Shown: positions 13,330-27,321, counted from the first letter of the stretch. The stretch: 64,000 bases of DNA from Octopus vulgaris (GCA_951406725.2 OX597820.1:78554001-78618000); one strand, 5' to 3'. Made by a program: numbers and translations. Notes: generated by a model from the sequence alone, not told the origin.

Positions 13330-14060
13330 TACTTCAGTCGGTAAATTCCAAATCCTGGCTGAGTTTTTATCGTACAACTGCGCCTCAGAACAATCAGAAA
13401 TTTTAGCACAAACAAAATATTTATTATTGTTTAAATGGAGGCGTCAAGAAACCCATCCATATCAGACTCACTACATCTGGACTGATCTATTACTAGTCGT
13501 TGGTTCTCATGCAAGAATAATTAAACTCACAGGATCTCAAATTATTGGAATGTAATACAGAACATCTAAAACATCAAACAACAGAGTAAGTTAATCAAGA
13601 ATTTTAACAGAACAGAAGGGTATGTCAGTTAGTAGTAGGTCGGAGCAACTTTGGTTTCAATGACTGCCTGCATATGTTTGGCATAGAGGATATCGATCGA
13701 TGACAGCGCTCAAATGTTATGGAAGTTCAGATTTTCTCGATATCAAAACGTTAGCCACCATACTTTTGTAAATATACTCAATAAGTTAACTACATGATAT
13801 TTTATCCGGTCAAGTGAGTGAGATGATGAGATGAATCGTTGAGCAAACAGCGATTGTTTTGGTTCTATGGACATGCATGTACCAAACCTTGCAAAAATAG
13901 AAATTTCGCATCAGTAAAATAGCTCTCATCTAATGTAGACATGAATGCTCCTATAGACCGCTATTTGAAGGTGACCCTGAGAGTCATACATGCGACATGG
14001 CATCCCAAACCATAAAAGCAAAAATCCGACACGATGTTCGTCAAAATGACACTCTAGAAA
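13330..14060 (+). mobile_element. Highly decayed LINE-like (possibly RTE) remnant
   Basis: Weak motif echoes only: VGKFQILA (cf. V..F.YLG) and QRLFW..GH across a frameshift. Confidence 0.3.
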
Positions 14061-14573
14061 GAAGCTTCGACAAAGGACTCTGGAAAGAGCCAAGTTCTTC
14101 AGAAAATATATTCTGCAGTTTCTAGCCTCTTAGTAAAATATATCAAAAATGTTCAGTTGGACAAAAGATAGATCATGGGTGTTGAGCATGACTCCAACAC
14201 CAGCGTTTTCTTTAAAAAAATTATGTAATAAGAATTATATCAAAGTATTAACTGAAGCAGAAAATTTAAAAACTTTCCAATATTACACTTAGCCTTCAGT
14301 AGATTATTCAAGAAACTAATGAGATTGTCTACAAACCGAAATGAAAATATTATTGCTATTTTGTTATTTATAAGAAACATAACTTTGTTTAAAATTCTTT
14401 CTCTTTTCTTAACAATCTAATTCTCTGAGACGCTCTTTTGTACAGAACAGGATTTCCAGCTGAAATTTTGTTTGCTAATGAGTTTCTTTTTTTGTGCTGT
14501 TATCGGTGGTACTTAAATCCAGGTCAACCCTGAATTAGCAGTCTTCTGATGTAAAGTGTTCCAGCCAACACCA

Positions 14574-14633
<60 letters not shown>

Positions 14634-16299
14634 CACGCCTTCTTTCGGGTGCTTAGGGTACATTATTCCAATATGACTCTTCTTTTTCTTTCTCATGAAT
14701 AACCGTGCGATTTAGAAAGATTTTCGCAAGTTCTAGAACCCACGAATAGGCTACTTTTTTCATCAGAAACATTTTGATTGGTTTGTTAGAATGCCGATAA
14801 ATAGATTGTAATGGATGGATTCGAGAGCTTTTTTTCTAGCTTTCTAGAATGATGTGTGTGTGTAATGGTTTTATTTGAACCGTCATATATTTTCCTATAT
14901 AGTTTATGAGAACGTGACGTTTGAATCTCCTGGCTTGAAAACGAAAACATGTGATTTGTAGAAAGAATGTATTGTTTAGTGATATAAACTTTAAATCATT
15001 CTAAAATATTTGAGAATGTAATGGATCTGTGTGGAGCTACTTCACTGCAGCTTTTTGTCGGAGTTTAAAAATTACGACGCTAATGGTTACTTTTGTAGGG
15101 TTTAGTAAACTTGGTAAGAGTAATTTAAGATCTTGATGTGATTATTTTTTCACATCCACAACTATTTTATTCTTGTTTTGAGTTTTGAGATTTCTCTACA
15201 GAATTTTTCTTATTTCTCAAAAGGAAAGAACTGGAATCATGATCTTGCTGGAAATTTTATATTTTGTATCTTGTATATATTTTTCCTTGTGTGTGTGGTG
15301 GGGGTATCTTAAAAATGGTTTGTATTATGATATGTAACGTGATGGCTTGGCCATTGTTGGGGTTGTTGACTATAGCAATTATTCTGTATAGTATTTTGAT
15401 ATTTGCTTCGTGATTTATGTTGTCCATTAGTTTTATTTTCTGTGGTTTATATTCTCTAAACCGGAACCAATCCGTGACTAGATGCACGAAGCAGTGAGGG
15501 AAAGTTAAATAAACTTAAGACCAGTTCAAAAGTTTTTTAGAGATATTTCAACCTGTAAAAGCTTTTCACTATATGTCTCAAACATATTTGAACTAATCTC
15601 AAATTTTTCACTACTTATTCGCGTATCTGCTCACGTTTTTGTCCCGGCTTGGCAAGTTGTACATACAATCGGTAGGTAATATTTACTCTTCAGAGGTCTT
15701 TACTATTTGAGCTGTTTAGGAAGCAAACTTTCTAAACAGCTCGGAATTGCTCACTTGGAATATGGTACTGAAGAGAACAAAGGAGTTCGAAATGCACCCA
15801 TCAGTCTAACAGGAAGCACTCTGACCTGACTGTGATCTTTTAACACTTGATCCTAAATGAGAATGTTTTCTTCAGTGTAATGAGTGATCATCTACAACGG
15901 AGGCTGACTGGCCGAGGGTACATCCGCAGTTTCCGATTGGGACCCGCCAATATTCAATGCTGAATCAGGTGGAATTACGTGGGGATCAGTTTGAGAGGTG
16001 ACAAGATCGAGGAAATATGAAGGTTACCCAGGATCGCCAGGTGAGAAATGGTCCTCCATGATAATCTATTTTTGATGCCCCCTTACTGAATGTGTTGACT
16101 AGCGGAAGACGAATATCAGGCATGTTCGTATTCTGATGATCTGAATGTGTATGAATATGAGTAAAGAATTGATTGAACGAAAGCGACATGCATTATGTGT
16201 TGACAGAAGTCAGCATCAGTAATGGAAGAAGGATTTCGATGCCAGTTAAAGGTATTTTTCAGTTAAAGGTATTTTTCCATATTCAATGAGGAGGATATG

Positions 16300-17006
16300 T
16301 TAATTAGTGAAAATGCTTCTTAAATTAGGAATCCATACATATAATGATTCTTACATGCTATGATTATATTCAGTTTGACGAGCCGAATATTTATGAGAAG
16401 AAATTTACACCGGAGCAGATACTCTAATTAAGTCATAATTAACGATCTAATTAAAAAGTTTCTTATTGTCTTCCAATGCCTGGAATGTTTCTTAATTTCT
16501 TCTTTCATGTTAACTGAGCCTAAGACATGTTTGCATTCATCACGTAGCTTGAAAACAGTGTTTCTGTATATTTCTCCTTAATTAGTGTATAGTGATTAGT
16601 AGAAAATGCTTCTTAAATTAGAAATCCATACCTAAAATGGTTCTTAAGTGATATGAATAGATTCAGTTGGGTTTAGTGAACAATTCTGCGAAGTATTTGG
16701 CACTGGGACAGAAAGTCTAATTAATTCCTAATTACGTGTCTAATTAAAACTTCTTAATTTGTTTTTCCATACCCGTTCTTTTCTTAAGTTTTCATTTAAG
16801 TATCACTTGTGTCTAAGGAGTAATATTCAATGTGATTCATTATTGGAGCTTAAAGTCTAATTAAACTAGTTATTTACGCAAGTTGATTATCTCATAATTA
16901 GTTAATCCATACCTAAGCATACTTAAGAATCACGTTTTATGGTATTAGGACCGTTTGTACACATATTGTGCCCTGCTAGTATTTTAGAGCTTCAAGTCTA
17001 ATTAAA
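16300..17006. repeat. Degenerate ~140-bp tandem repeat, about 5 units
   Basis: TCCATAC at 16332, 16625, 16766, 16906; TCTAATTA at 16423, 16716, 16856, 16997. Confidence 0.7.
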
Positions 17007-17019
17007 TCAGGACTGGCTC

Positions 17020-17681
17020 CTGCATTAAATGTTGGCAAACCGTTGGCTTGCCGTGTCTTCAAAACATGTACCGAGAGTGATAAAAATTAAACATCCTGTC
17101 AACATCATGGTGTTTGGAGTGATCATTAGTGACGGAGACGTTTTGCCTCCATTCATCTTCCCACACTGCCTCAAACTCAGCACGGGGTTCTACATCAAGT
17201 GCCTGGTGGAGGTAGTGCTGCCCTGGGTCAAGAGTGTGGCTGCTAAAAGACCCTATGTCTAGCAACAGGACTCTGCACCATGCCACACAATTAGGAGAAC
17301 CCGGTCATGGCTGTCAGACAGTTTCTGCGACCACACCACCCCTATCTTCCCATAACTCCCCAGACTTCAACTCCCTTGACTATTATGTGTGAGGCGCATG
17401 TGAGTGAGACAAACAAAATTCCTTGTAACCAAAGAGGAACTGAAGGCAATGACTATGGCAACATGAACCAACTTAAACAAGAAGACTTTCCAGAAGAGTT
17501 GCAGGAGATTCCGACGTCGTCTATAGGCTATGGTTGAAGCCGATGGCGATTTTATCAAATAAACTTACTCTTTAGTATTTCAATGTATTTTTATGCAATT
17601 TTGGTAAATATATGTTAAAATTAGATGTCAGTGTTATTTTCCTTTTTGCGTAATTCAAACGACAGTTTATTCACCACACTT

Positions 17682-17683
<2 letters not shown>
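17020..17683 (+). mobile_element. Tc1/mariner superfamily (maT/DD37D-like) transposase 3' fragment with right TIR
   Basis: KHPVNIMVFGVIISDGDVLPPFIF...VLPWVKSVAAKRPYV*QQDSAPCH...NSPDFNSLDYYV. Ends ...CACCACACTTTG followed by TA. Confidence 0.85.
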
Positions 17684-17723
<40 letters not shown>

Positions 17724-17750
17724 TGTATGTGTGTGTGTGGTGCATGTGTG

Positions 17751-17781
<31 letters not shown>

Positions 17782-17877
17782 CCTTACGTATGTCACACCT
17801 GTTTTCATTCCTCCACTTCACTCTGTATTTCATATTTTATCTGTAATAACTATTGCTTAATCATCTGCTTTTAATTT

Positions 17878-19140
17878 TGATGATGCTCATGGCGATGAAG
17901 ATGATGATGATGACGATTGCAATACTGATGATGAAGATGTTTATGATAATGATGGTAGTGGTGATGATGATGATGATGATTGTGATGATGATATTTCATT
18001 GTTGTTTTGATATTTTTGCTCCCAGTTTTTTTTTCCTTCCACTTCATTATCTTTACCATCATTATCCTCGTCGCCATCACCACCACCTTATCATCACCAT
18101 ACCTTATCATCACTATCGTCATCATCGTCATCAGCAGCAGCAACAACATCATCATTGCCATAAGAATCGTTATCATCATCATCTTCATCAACATCATTAA
18201 TCTGTCGTCATCATCATCATCATTTTTGTCTACGCGTCTTTTTTACTTTTTCTTTTTTCGTTTTTTTTTTATATTTATCTTCACTCTTTTGCTATCGTTA
18301 TATTTGCAGTTGCTATTATTGTTGTTGTTGTTGTTGTTGTTGTTGTTTGCTGCTACTACTGTTGTTACTGCTACTACAACTCCCGCTACACTTTCTGCTC
18401 TTGATCTTGTTGTTTCTGCTGTTGTTGTTGTAATAATATTTGTACATAAACTCTTTGAACTAGTTTCGCTTTCCCAGACGATTGCTGCTGGCATTTATCC
18501 TTTCTTTCTTTCTTACTTTCTCTCTCTCTCTTTTTCTGTGAGTTTTCTTCTTTCTTTCTATTTTCTTTATTGTATTTCTTTTTTGTTCTTATTGACGTTC
18601 TTCTCGTATCTTCCAAGACTTTTGGCAGAATGGTTGCGTCTGTCGGTATTTTTACCGCCATTGTATCTTTAAAAAATTTTATTACTGTCAGGGAGGGTTC
18701 GTAATGGCGGTCATGATGCCGATAGCGGTGCTGTTGAGACTGGATCCGGTGGTGGTGGCGGTGGTGGTGGTCGTCGTGGTCGTGGTCGTCGTGGTCGTGG
18801 TGGTAGTGCTGCTGCTGCTGCTGCTGAAGGTGGTGGTGGTGATAGTGGTATTAGTGGTGCTAGGGGAGGTGGAGGTAGAGATAGTGGCGGTGGTGCTGGT
18901 GGTGGTGCTGGTGATGCTGATAATGATAGTGGAGGGTACGGTTGTGGTTGTGACGTCAGCAGTGGTCGTATTATAAGGTGTTGCAATCATTGTTTGTAAT
19001 TGTAGTTGTTATACTAGGGTCATTAGTAATGCTTTGTTGTTGTTGTTGTCGTTGGTGGTGGTGGTGCTACTGCTGGTGCTGCTGCTGGTGGTGGTTGCTG
19101 TTCCCATCGTTGTTGTCGCCATCGCCATTGTGGAGGAGTT

Positions 19141-19179
<39 letters not shown>

Positions 19180-19192
19180 AAAGTAGTAGTAA

Positions 19193-19231
<39 letters not shown>

Positions 19232-19300
19232 CGGTAGTAGTGGCAGTAGTAGTGGCAGTAGTAGTAGTAGTAGTAGTGGTGGTGGTGGTGGTGGTGGTGA

Positions 19301-19355
<55 letters not shown>

Positions 19356-19490
19356 GGTGGTAGTGGTGGTGCTCGTGATAATAGTGAGGGTTGTTGGGAC
19401 GGTTGTGGTCGAGGTTGTAGTTGCCGCTATGCTTACGTTGGTGGTAGCGGATAGAGTAGCGTTGGTGGTGATGGTCCTGGCGGTTGTCGT
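17878..19490. repeat. Mosaic of degenerate trinucleotide repeats (GAT/CAT/GTT/GTG/GTA)
   Basis: Direct reading. Confidence 0.85.
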
Positions 19491-22179
19491 ACTTAGAAAT
19501 AGTTTACAAATTTAAAAACAAGACTGGCAATTTTGAGGGGTGGGGGGTCAATTCGGTTCCATCAAACCCAGTATGTGACGGGTATATTGCCGGCCTTAAA
19601 GGGATAAAAGTCAAAGTCGGAAATTGAACTCAGAATGTGAAGAGCCGAAAGAATCGCCGCTAAGCATTTTGTCCGACGCGCTACCGAGTCTACCAAATGA
19701 TGGCCATGATGGAGAGGTCGCAGTATTACTGCTGCGACTCCATCTACAACTGCTTATTTCTGATGACTGCTGCTACTGCTGCTGCTGCTGCTACTGCTGC
19801 TGCTGCAGTCTTTGTTTTTATTTTTGTGTTTTTGGTATTGGAAACATTATTATTCTTCATAGAAAAAAAGAATAAATAAATAAAGGCAGACAACGGCTGA
19901 GATCGAGTTATGTCTATGGAAGCATTTCGTTTTCAACATGGAGAAACGTTTCTATGTTCTTGTAATTTATTTATTTTTCGCTATTGTTCTTGTTGTTGTT
20001 GCTGTGTTTGTTTTCATTTTACTGCAATGTTGTTGTTGTTTTTTTTCTTTTTGTTACTATTATTAACATGTGTACGAATAAAAGAACGCGTTGAATAGAG
20101 AAAACAAAAAAAAACAGACAACAAAAACTATAGATAAAACTAATTCAGATTTCGATCTTAAAAGTTCACGTAAGTGACACAAAACTTTGCTGGGTTTTTT
20201 TTTTTTTTATTTCTTCGCTATACAAAAACATGCATGGCTGTGCTATTGATTCGGTGGTACCCACCATTTTGTCTTAAATTCCAAGAGTTCACTAACTTGT
20301 AGGCAAGAGTCAGAATATTAAAAACAATTGCCTACATTACCAAAAGTTTTCTAAGAATAAAATACAAATAGAAAACAGCACAAAAGCTCATATTCAATGA
20401 AAATTTTTTTTCTTAAGAAGCGCCATTCTTTGGAGATGAACATAATACGGATGTTTCTTTATCGTTTCTTTCGTTGTTTTCTTTTTTTCATGTTCGGAAT
20501 TGCTTCTTATGAAGAGGGACGTCTGGCGTCTAAGACTTATATACACACTTACACAGAAACGTGTATACACGTATATATACACACACACATGCAAATATAT
20601 ATGCATATAACATGTGTGTGTGTGTGATATCGATATGTAAGTAGACAGATAGATACATACACATTGATATGTATGTGTATTATATAATATATTTATTATA
20701 TACACTATAAATTTATATATTCATATATCAATATTTATTATATACATTACATATTTATATATTTATTATATACACTGTAAATTTATATATTCATATATTT
20801 ATATATTTATTGTATACATTATACATTTATGCATTTATGCATTTATATATTTATTCTATTCACTATATACTTATGTTTATATTTATACCCACGCGTACAC
20901 ACATACATAAAGTTGCATACGCAAATACATACACACACATACGCATACACAGGCGAGAGGAGTGAGGACAGAAAATACGGAGAAAAATATATATCTGTAT
21001 ATACATTTATAGACACACACCACACACATTTGTTCGGATGTGTTTGTGTACACTATTAAACATACGGTAGTATAATTATAGCTATAAAACTTTTAGTCAG
21101 TCATACAGTAAAATATGAAAGTCTAGTACATATAATAGCTTCAAACCTTTTTTGAAGCCCTCTTAGTAAGTTATCACAATCTGATCTCCCGTGATTTTGA
21201 TGTCGAGAAAAAATAGCTTATCGTCACATCGAAAATTCTTCTGAGCTCAAACGAGATTTTCCTCAATATTTCACTGATGTGTGGTTGGCAAGAGATGAGA
21301 AATATCTATATGAAACACACAAATCATAAATAATGCAAAATTCTGTCTCGCAAACATAAACTCATTCAAGACAAGTAATTGAAGCCTAAAATATATAAAT
21401 AAATACAACTAATACGAAAGTTGTTTGTTTGTATGGGAAACGACCGGAAAGGACTACACTACCCAAATTCAGTTATGTGACCGGTTTTTTTTTTAAAATT
21501 AAATATCCGGATTTAAGCAACCAGAGACGTCTTTCTTTTAAACTGTTGAGTTACATTCCACAAAAGACATTATATATGTAAAGTATTGTAGTTTGCACGA
21601 AGTATTGTCTGATGTGTGTGTATCAAATATTCTTTAAAAGCCAAAACATGGCAAGTTAATTAAATTGATTAATCCAGGTCGATGATTAATATTATTACCA
21701 GGGGTTTCGGTATTTCAGGGTTAGGACCCTTCTTCAAGAAATTTACGGAGAGAAGATAAAATTCCTGAAAAGTAGGTCCTAATCTTGAAATATTGAAAAA
21801 GCGTGTCATAATACCAACCAATAGACTTGTATTATTAATTTCTCTCTCTCTCTCTCTCTCTCTCTCGCTATATCTCTCTCTCTCTTTCTCTCTCTCTCTA
21901 TATATATATATTCTAAATATGGTGGTGGCCTCTCCCGTCGCTTCGAAGAAACACCTGAAATAAACACTCACCCTATGGCTGCTTGTGTGCAGAATCAAGA
22001 GTCCACGACTTCCAGTAACATCTGCTACCTGTCCGCCCCGCCGACCCCACCACCACCACCACTGCCGCTTTCACTATCACAACTGTCACCACTGGTCTCA
22101 TGAAGAAAGTGTGACGCTGTCGGTGCTGCTGTCATGGTTTGCTGAACAACCTGCACGACGAATACCATTATAATGGGTA

Positions 22180-22390
22180 GGCGGCGTGCTGGCAGAAAAG
22201 TTAGCATGCCAGGCGAAATGCTTAGCAATATTTCGTCTGTCTTTACGTTCTGAGTTCAAATTCCGCCGAGGTTGACTTTGCCTTTCATCCTTTCGGGGTC
22301 GATAAATTAAGTACCAATTGCGTACTGAGGTCGATCTAATCGACTAGTCTCCTCCCCAAAAGTTTCGGGCATTGTGCCTAGAGTAGAAAA
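22180..22390 (+). mobile_element. SINE family A, full length, tail type 2, with TSD
   Basis: Direct repeat GAATACCATTATAATGGGTA at 22160-22179 and 22391-22410; its first bases may overlap the SINE tail. Confidence 0.92.
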
Positions 22391-23479
22391 GAATACCATT
22401 ATAATGGGTAAGATTTTATGCAAAGCCACACTTTTGTCTTTCAAACTTTTATTGGTTTGCTATGACAAGTGCCACGAGCCCAGAAACTATCATGATGCAG
22501 AATTTTTATGGAGTTACCTTCTCTTAGATGGGTATCTAAAAAGCTGAAGAGCTTCATCTGTCCTGGGTCCTTTGGTGTGTCTGTGAATGACCATCTTCCA
22601 GAAACAATCCCATGACATGTTAATTAACCCAGAGCAGAGATCCTGATAGGCGATACTGCTCGGTGTCTGACTAAACCAAGGAACAATAGTGGCTAAGAGG
22701 AACTTCCACGCTCCTCAAAAACCCTGGAACTTCTGAACCAGGGCCACACTAGCGAATGACTTTTTCCCGAATTTTTGTAAATATATGCTTGTAGTAACAA
22801 ACAGAAGGAAAAGCACTAAAAGACATTAATACATGGCTGTAGATTACAGTAGTATTTGACAGAGACGTATGTTGTCACTCGGGGGCTTCCATAAAGCATG
22901 GACGACTAGAGACGCAGCAAAGTGAATATTTCAGTATAACGTTGTATGCCGTCAGCTGAATAAAATAATTTTGTTCTGAACTTGGATACGGACTAAAATT
23001 CGAATTCCTAAAAGACTTTTGAATCTCTTTGCAAACACAATTAATCAATAGAATTCTATGGCGAGTTGGACGAGTTTAGTCGCCGTCAGGAATGTAGAAT
23101 CTATGTTTTCATGCTATGCCTTGTGTCTGAGAGCGAGAAATTTTCTTCAATGTTGTAGTTTTAAAAGAGAAAGTTTTTTTTTTTTTTTTCGTCTCTGTGT
23201 AATTTTTAACTTCTTAATGGTTGTGAAATTCTCAATAATGTATCACCACCTCTCTATAGCAGTATGCTGTGCTCATACTCAAAACGTTTTGCTCATGCAA
23301 GTTCAGATTTTACCATCTGTAAGCGGGTATCACACGAAATAGTGTATTTTGCTAATATATTTTAAAATTAGATTGATAATGTGTATAACCCTTACCACAA
23401 AGGGATATACCCATGGCTAAGACCTGTGACACGGACTGGATGGAAGCAACATTAGACCAGAAGCTCAAAAGTGAAGATG

Positions 23480-23790
23480 CTACCCTCAGTACAACGGACG
23501 AAGAGCCTTGTCCAAGCATCTTGATTGCTCGCTTCCTCCCACAGTCACCATTATACCATCCCAAAATGCACTGCACCACGTCTTCCTTGGTCTCCTAAAA
23601 TTGTCTTTTTCCTCCTTTCGGTATCCCGCTCTATCACAATGGTAACAGGTCAGTCTGTGATAATCAAAGCACGTGGCTAGTAAAGCGTATCTGCAGCTTA
23701 GTCACCACGGCCATCAAACCTCCCATCCCAGCTCTTCTCATCACCTCATCGTTTCTAACTCTATGTCGATAAGTTACGTCCGCGAATCTT
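23480..23790 (-). mobile_element. RTE-clade LINE 3' fragment
   Basis: DVTYRHRVRNDEVMRRAG...IRFTSHVL...PKGGKR..GRPRKTW. Confidence 0.75.
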
Positions 23791-24038
23791 AGCAGTTCGG
23801 CAAAAGGGTCCGATAGAATATTAGGCTTTCAAAAATAAGTCCTGGGGTGGAATTGTTCAACTAAAGGCGGTGCTCCAGCATGACTGCAGTCAAAATAACT
23901 AGAACAAGTAAAAAGAATAAGAGAATATATATATATTTATATATATCAAAATAAGCAACAGGATATGAAGAAGTGATGCAGGCTCCATCTAATTGAACAA
24001 TGCAATCATTACATCAGGGCTATCATCAGCTGCATATA

Positions 24039-24164
<126 letters not shown>

Positions 24165-24619
24165 ATGATGCAAGTCAACAAATAAAACTGCTTGGATTAG
24201 ATATTTGTAATATACATATATACATGTATACATGTAAACAGAGAAAAACAGACTGAAAATATTCAAACGATAAACATCCATGTATAAATATATAGATATT
24301 TATATATTAACAGAGTGGACTTACACAGAGTAGAAAGGCACAAAAATATTACAGACCCGTCAGCTGTTTCTGGGGTCTCAGAATTACGTCATGATGTTTG
24401 CAGATGTAGTTCGCAAAAAGTTGAAGATATGCAGCCAGTAGTAGAAGCTTATAAACATAAAGTAAATCCGACATCCATCTTCAAGGAAGAGAGATAGGTA
24501 TCTTTCCATCCTATCCACACTGCATGTGGTAAGCCTCCAAAAATGTTAAAAGATATTAAAGGGGGAAAGCAGAGAAGATGTCAAAATTTCATGACTATCT
24601 CTATGACTTCACACGTTAG

Positions 24620-25965
24620 GAAAGTCAGAAAGAGACTGATCACATTCCTAAAAGAAAACAGTATACTTGCACACATGCAAGATGACTTGTACATCACATA
24701 GGTACTAGAGCATTGTGGCTGGGTACCGAAATGGCAACTCAATAGCTCAAATGTGGATGTGATATATCTCAACTTTGTCAAGGCCTTCGACAAAGTTGAT
24801 CATGGGATAATATGTAACAAACTGCGTGACCTTGGTATTGTTCGAAAACTAGGGTAGTGGCTGCATGACTGTTTAAAAGATAGAAGTCATTTACGGTCAT
24901 TGGCACTCTCTTTGGGGTGACGTCAATTCTCAGCAGAGTCCCTCGGGAAGCTGTACCGGATATAATACTTTTTGCAGTGGCTCTGTCAGACACGCTCTCA
25001 GTCACATAGTCAGCCACTCTCACCAGCTACACTGATTATACTGAAGTATCGTGAGCGGTCAAGAGCCTTGATGACACCTTGAAACTGCAGGAAGAACTGA
25101 GTGCAATATACAAGTGGGCTGAAGAAAATAGCGTGTAGTTCAGTGCGAAGAGGCGTTTCAAGCACTTTACCATCGGCCCATAAACAGGCTGCAATCGGAA
25201 TGCACAGGACCAGGAGGTTGTACAATCCCAGAGTCGGAGTTGGCATGTGACCTGGGAATCTACATGTGCAACTGTGCAACATTTCAGGTGTATATTACCA
25301 AGATAACAAGCGAGTGGTCAGCTGGATAATGAGATCATTCAGAAACAGAAAAACGGACACCATGCAACTCTTAAGGAGAACATTTGCTCTCAGACGCCTG
25401 GATTACTGCCAACTGTAGTCGCCACAAATCTTCAGACTATCTGCAGAATTCGAGGCACTCTCACGTCACTACAAAAAAGTTTAACTCGGTGCAACAGATG
25501 AACTACAGGGAGAAGCTGAAAGAACTAGGACACTGCTCCCTAGAGAGACGACGTGAAAGGTATGCAAGATCCTGGGAACTCCCAACTTTCAAATTCAAGG
25601 CTATGCCAGCTTCCGAACTGATCATCATTGCGACTGTATCAAAGATCCCGTCGTGTCCATCTGGAGTAAGGACACGTCACTTTAACAGCTTGGATTTCAA
25701 AGGCCCTCAGCTGTTCAGTACTCTGCCAAGCGAACTTAGAGATCTGCGAGGGGTAGATGTGAATGTTTTCAAATTGAGCAAATTTTTATATGAGGTACCA
25801 GATGTACGCACATCGTAGCAGGAAACATGAAGAATAGAAACACTGTCTAGCCCCGTTCTCCACCAGAAACAGAAATCCGAGAAGCGTGTAATAAAAAACC
25901 AGTCACACTAAAGATTGTACCCCAGCATGGACACGATCTTTTGCCGGTACCAGAAAAACGCAAAC
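24620..25965 (+). mobile_element. CR1/L2/Jockey-group LINE, RT and 3' end, degraded
   Basis: NVDVIYLNFVKAFDKVDHGIICNKLRDLGI, WAEEN, DLGI, LDYC, NYREKLKELGHCSLERRRERY, KGPQLFSTLPSELR. Confidence 0.85.
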
Positions 25966-26404
25966 AGCAAAGGAGCTTATATATATTATACAGAGGGCAT
26001 TACTATACATAAATGCCACAAGCTAGGAGGGACTCTTAAAGTCAAAACTACCAAAAAAAGTAAAATATATATATACACGTTTTTATTGAAACCAAACCAA
26101 AGAGTTTGTCACCCACCGACTCGAGTTTTCGTGACTGCGATCATCAAACGAAACAGTTTTGCTTGATGATCGTCTTGGTGTAAACAAGCCCTCTGGTTCA
26201 GGTTTAATAACAAAAAATATTCTTGACAACATTCGTCCACGATTAAGAAGCAACATACGCGCGCGCGTGTATATATATGTTTGTATATACAGGTGACCAC
26301 GTAAGTGCAAAACATGGTGGAAAAAATAGTACTCGAATACCAAAAGTAGAGTAATATACTTTCTATTAATATACTTTCCCTTTCGTGGGACAGTTGTAAT
26401 GAAT

Positions 26405-26445
26405 CTGTCCGACGACGAACGGAAACGTGAAACTCTGAGTAACAG
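26405..26445 (+). ncRNA. Minimal hammerhead ribozyme motif (U4C variant)
   Basis: CUGU-CCGACGA-CG..CGU-GAAA-CUCUGAG-UA-ACAG. Stem I CUGU/ACAG, near-palindromic stem III; next to (TA)n. Confidence 0.55.
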
Positions 26446-26472
26446 TCCTGTGATAAGTTTGCAGCTTTAATA

Positions 26473-26530
<58 letters not shown>

Positions 26531-26537
<7 letters not shown>

Positions 26538-27321
26538 TAAATTAGAGATAAAACCACTATTAGGCAAATCATACAATGAAAAACTTAAGCCAATACATAT
26601 GACTAATATATATAAATTATCAATGAAAATATATATATAAATATTATAATCAAGATCTAAAATAATCTTTATAAATAATTGTATATGCACATATAATAAA
26701 AACCTAATAAATTTAATTTTTCATATTTAAAGATGAAATAGCTAATTTCAAAATATTTTGAAATTAGAGATTATTTTAGATCTTGATTATAATATTTATA
26801 TATATATTTTCATTGATAATTTATATATATTAGTCATTTTAAATATTTATGTAATTAGATATAAACTAATATTGATATTAGATTATGAGTTTCCTACCTT
26901 ATAAATTAAAATTAATATTTAACATTATAGTCGATTTGGATATAATCATAATTGATAATAGAGTTTATTATAAGTAAAATTATTATATTATATATATTAT
27001 TTATATCTTTAAAATATTGATTATATCTTAGATATTTAAACAACCTGAAGAATGACTGTAACTCGAAATTTTAAGAATTGGACAGCCATGAAACGATCGT
27101 AGTGTTATACTAATTATCTTTTTTAATAATTTTGATATTTATTTAAATAATATAAATTGATTAACCTTATGTATTGGCTTAAGTTTTTCATTGTATGATT
27201 TGCCTAATAGTGGTTTTATCTCTAATTTAATATAATATAATATTTTACTATAAGATTGGATTCAATCCTAAATCTGATTTTTCCCTGTAAGTTTAGATAT
27301 ATTCCCTAATATTTTATTTTA

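Noticed and set aside
18688-19515. Mucin-like Thr/Ser or Gly/Ser-rich ORFs
   Set aside because: Open in several frames on both strands within a degenerate trinucleotide mosaic, with no splice or domain support.
21700-21750. Minus-strand UUGAAGA-AGGGU/ACCCU-GAAA motif
   Set aside because: No palindromic stem III or clean stem I.
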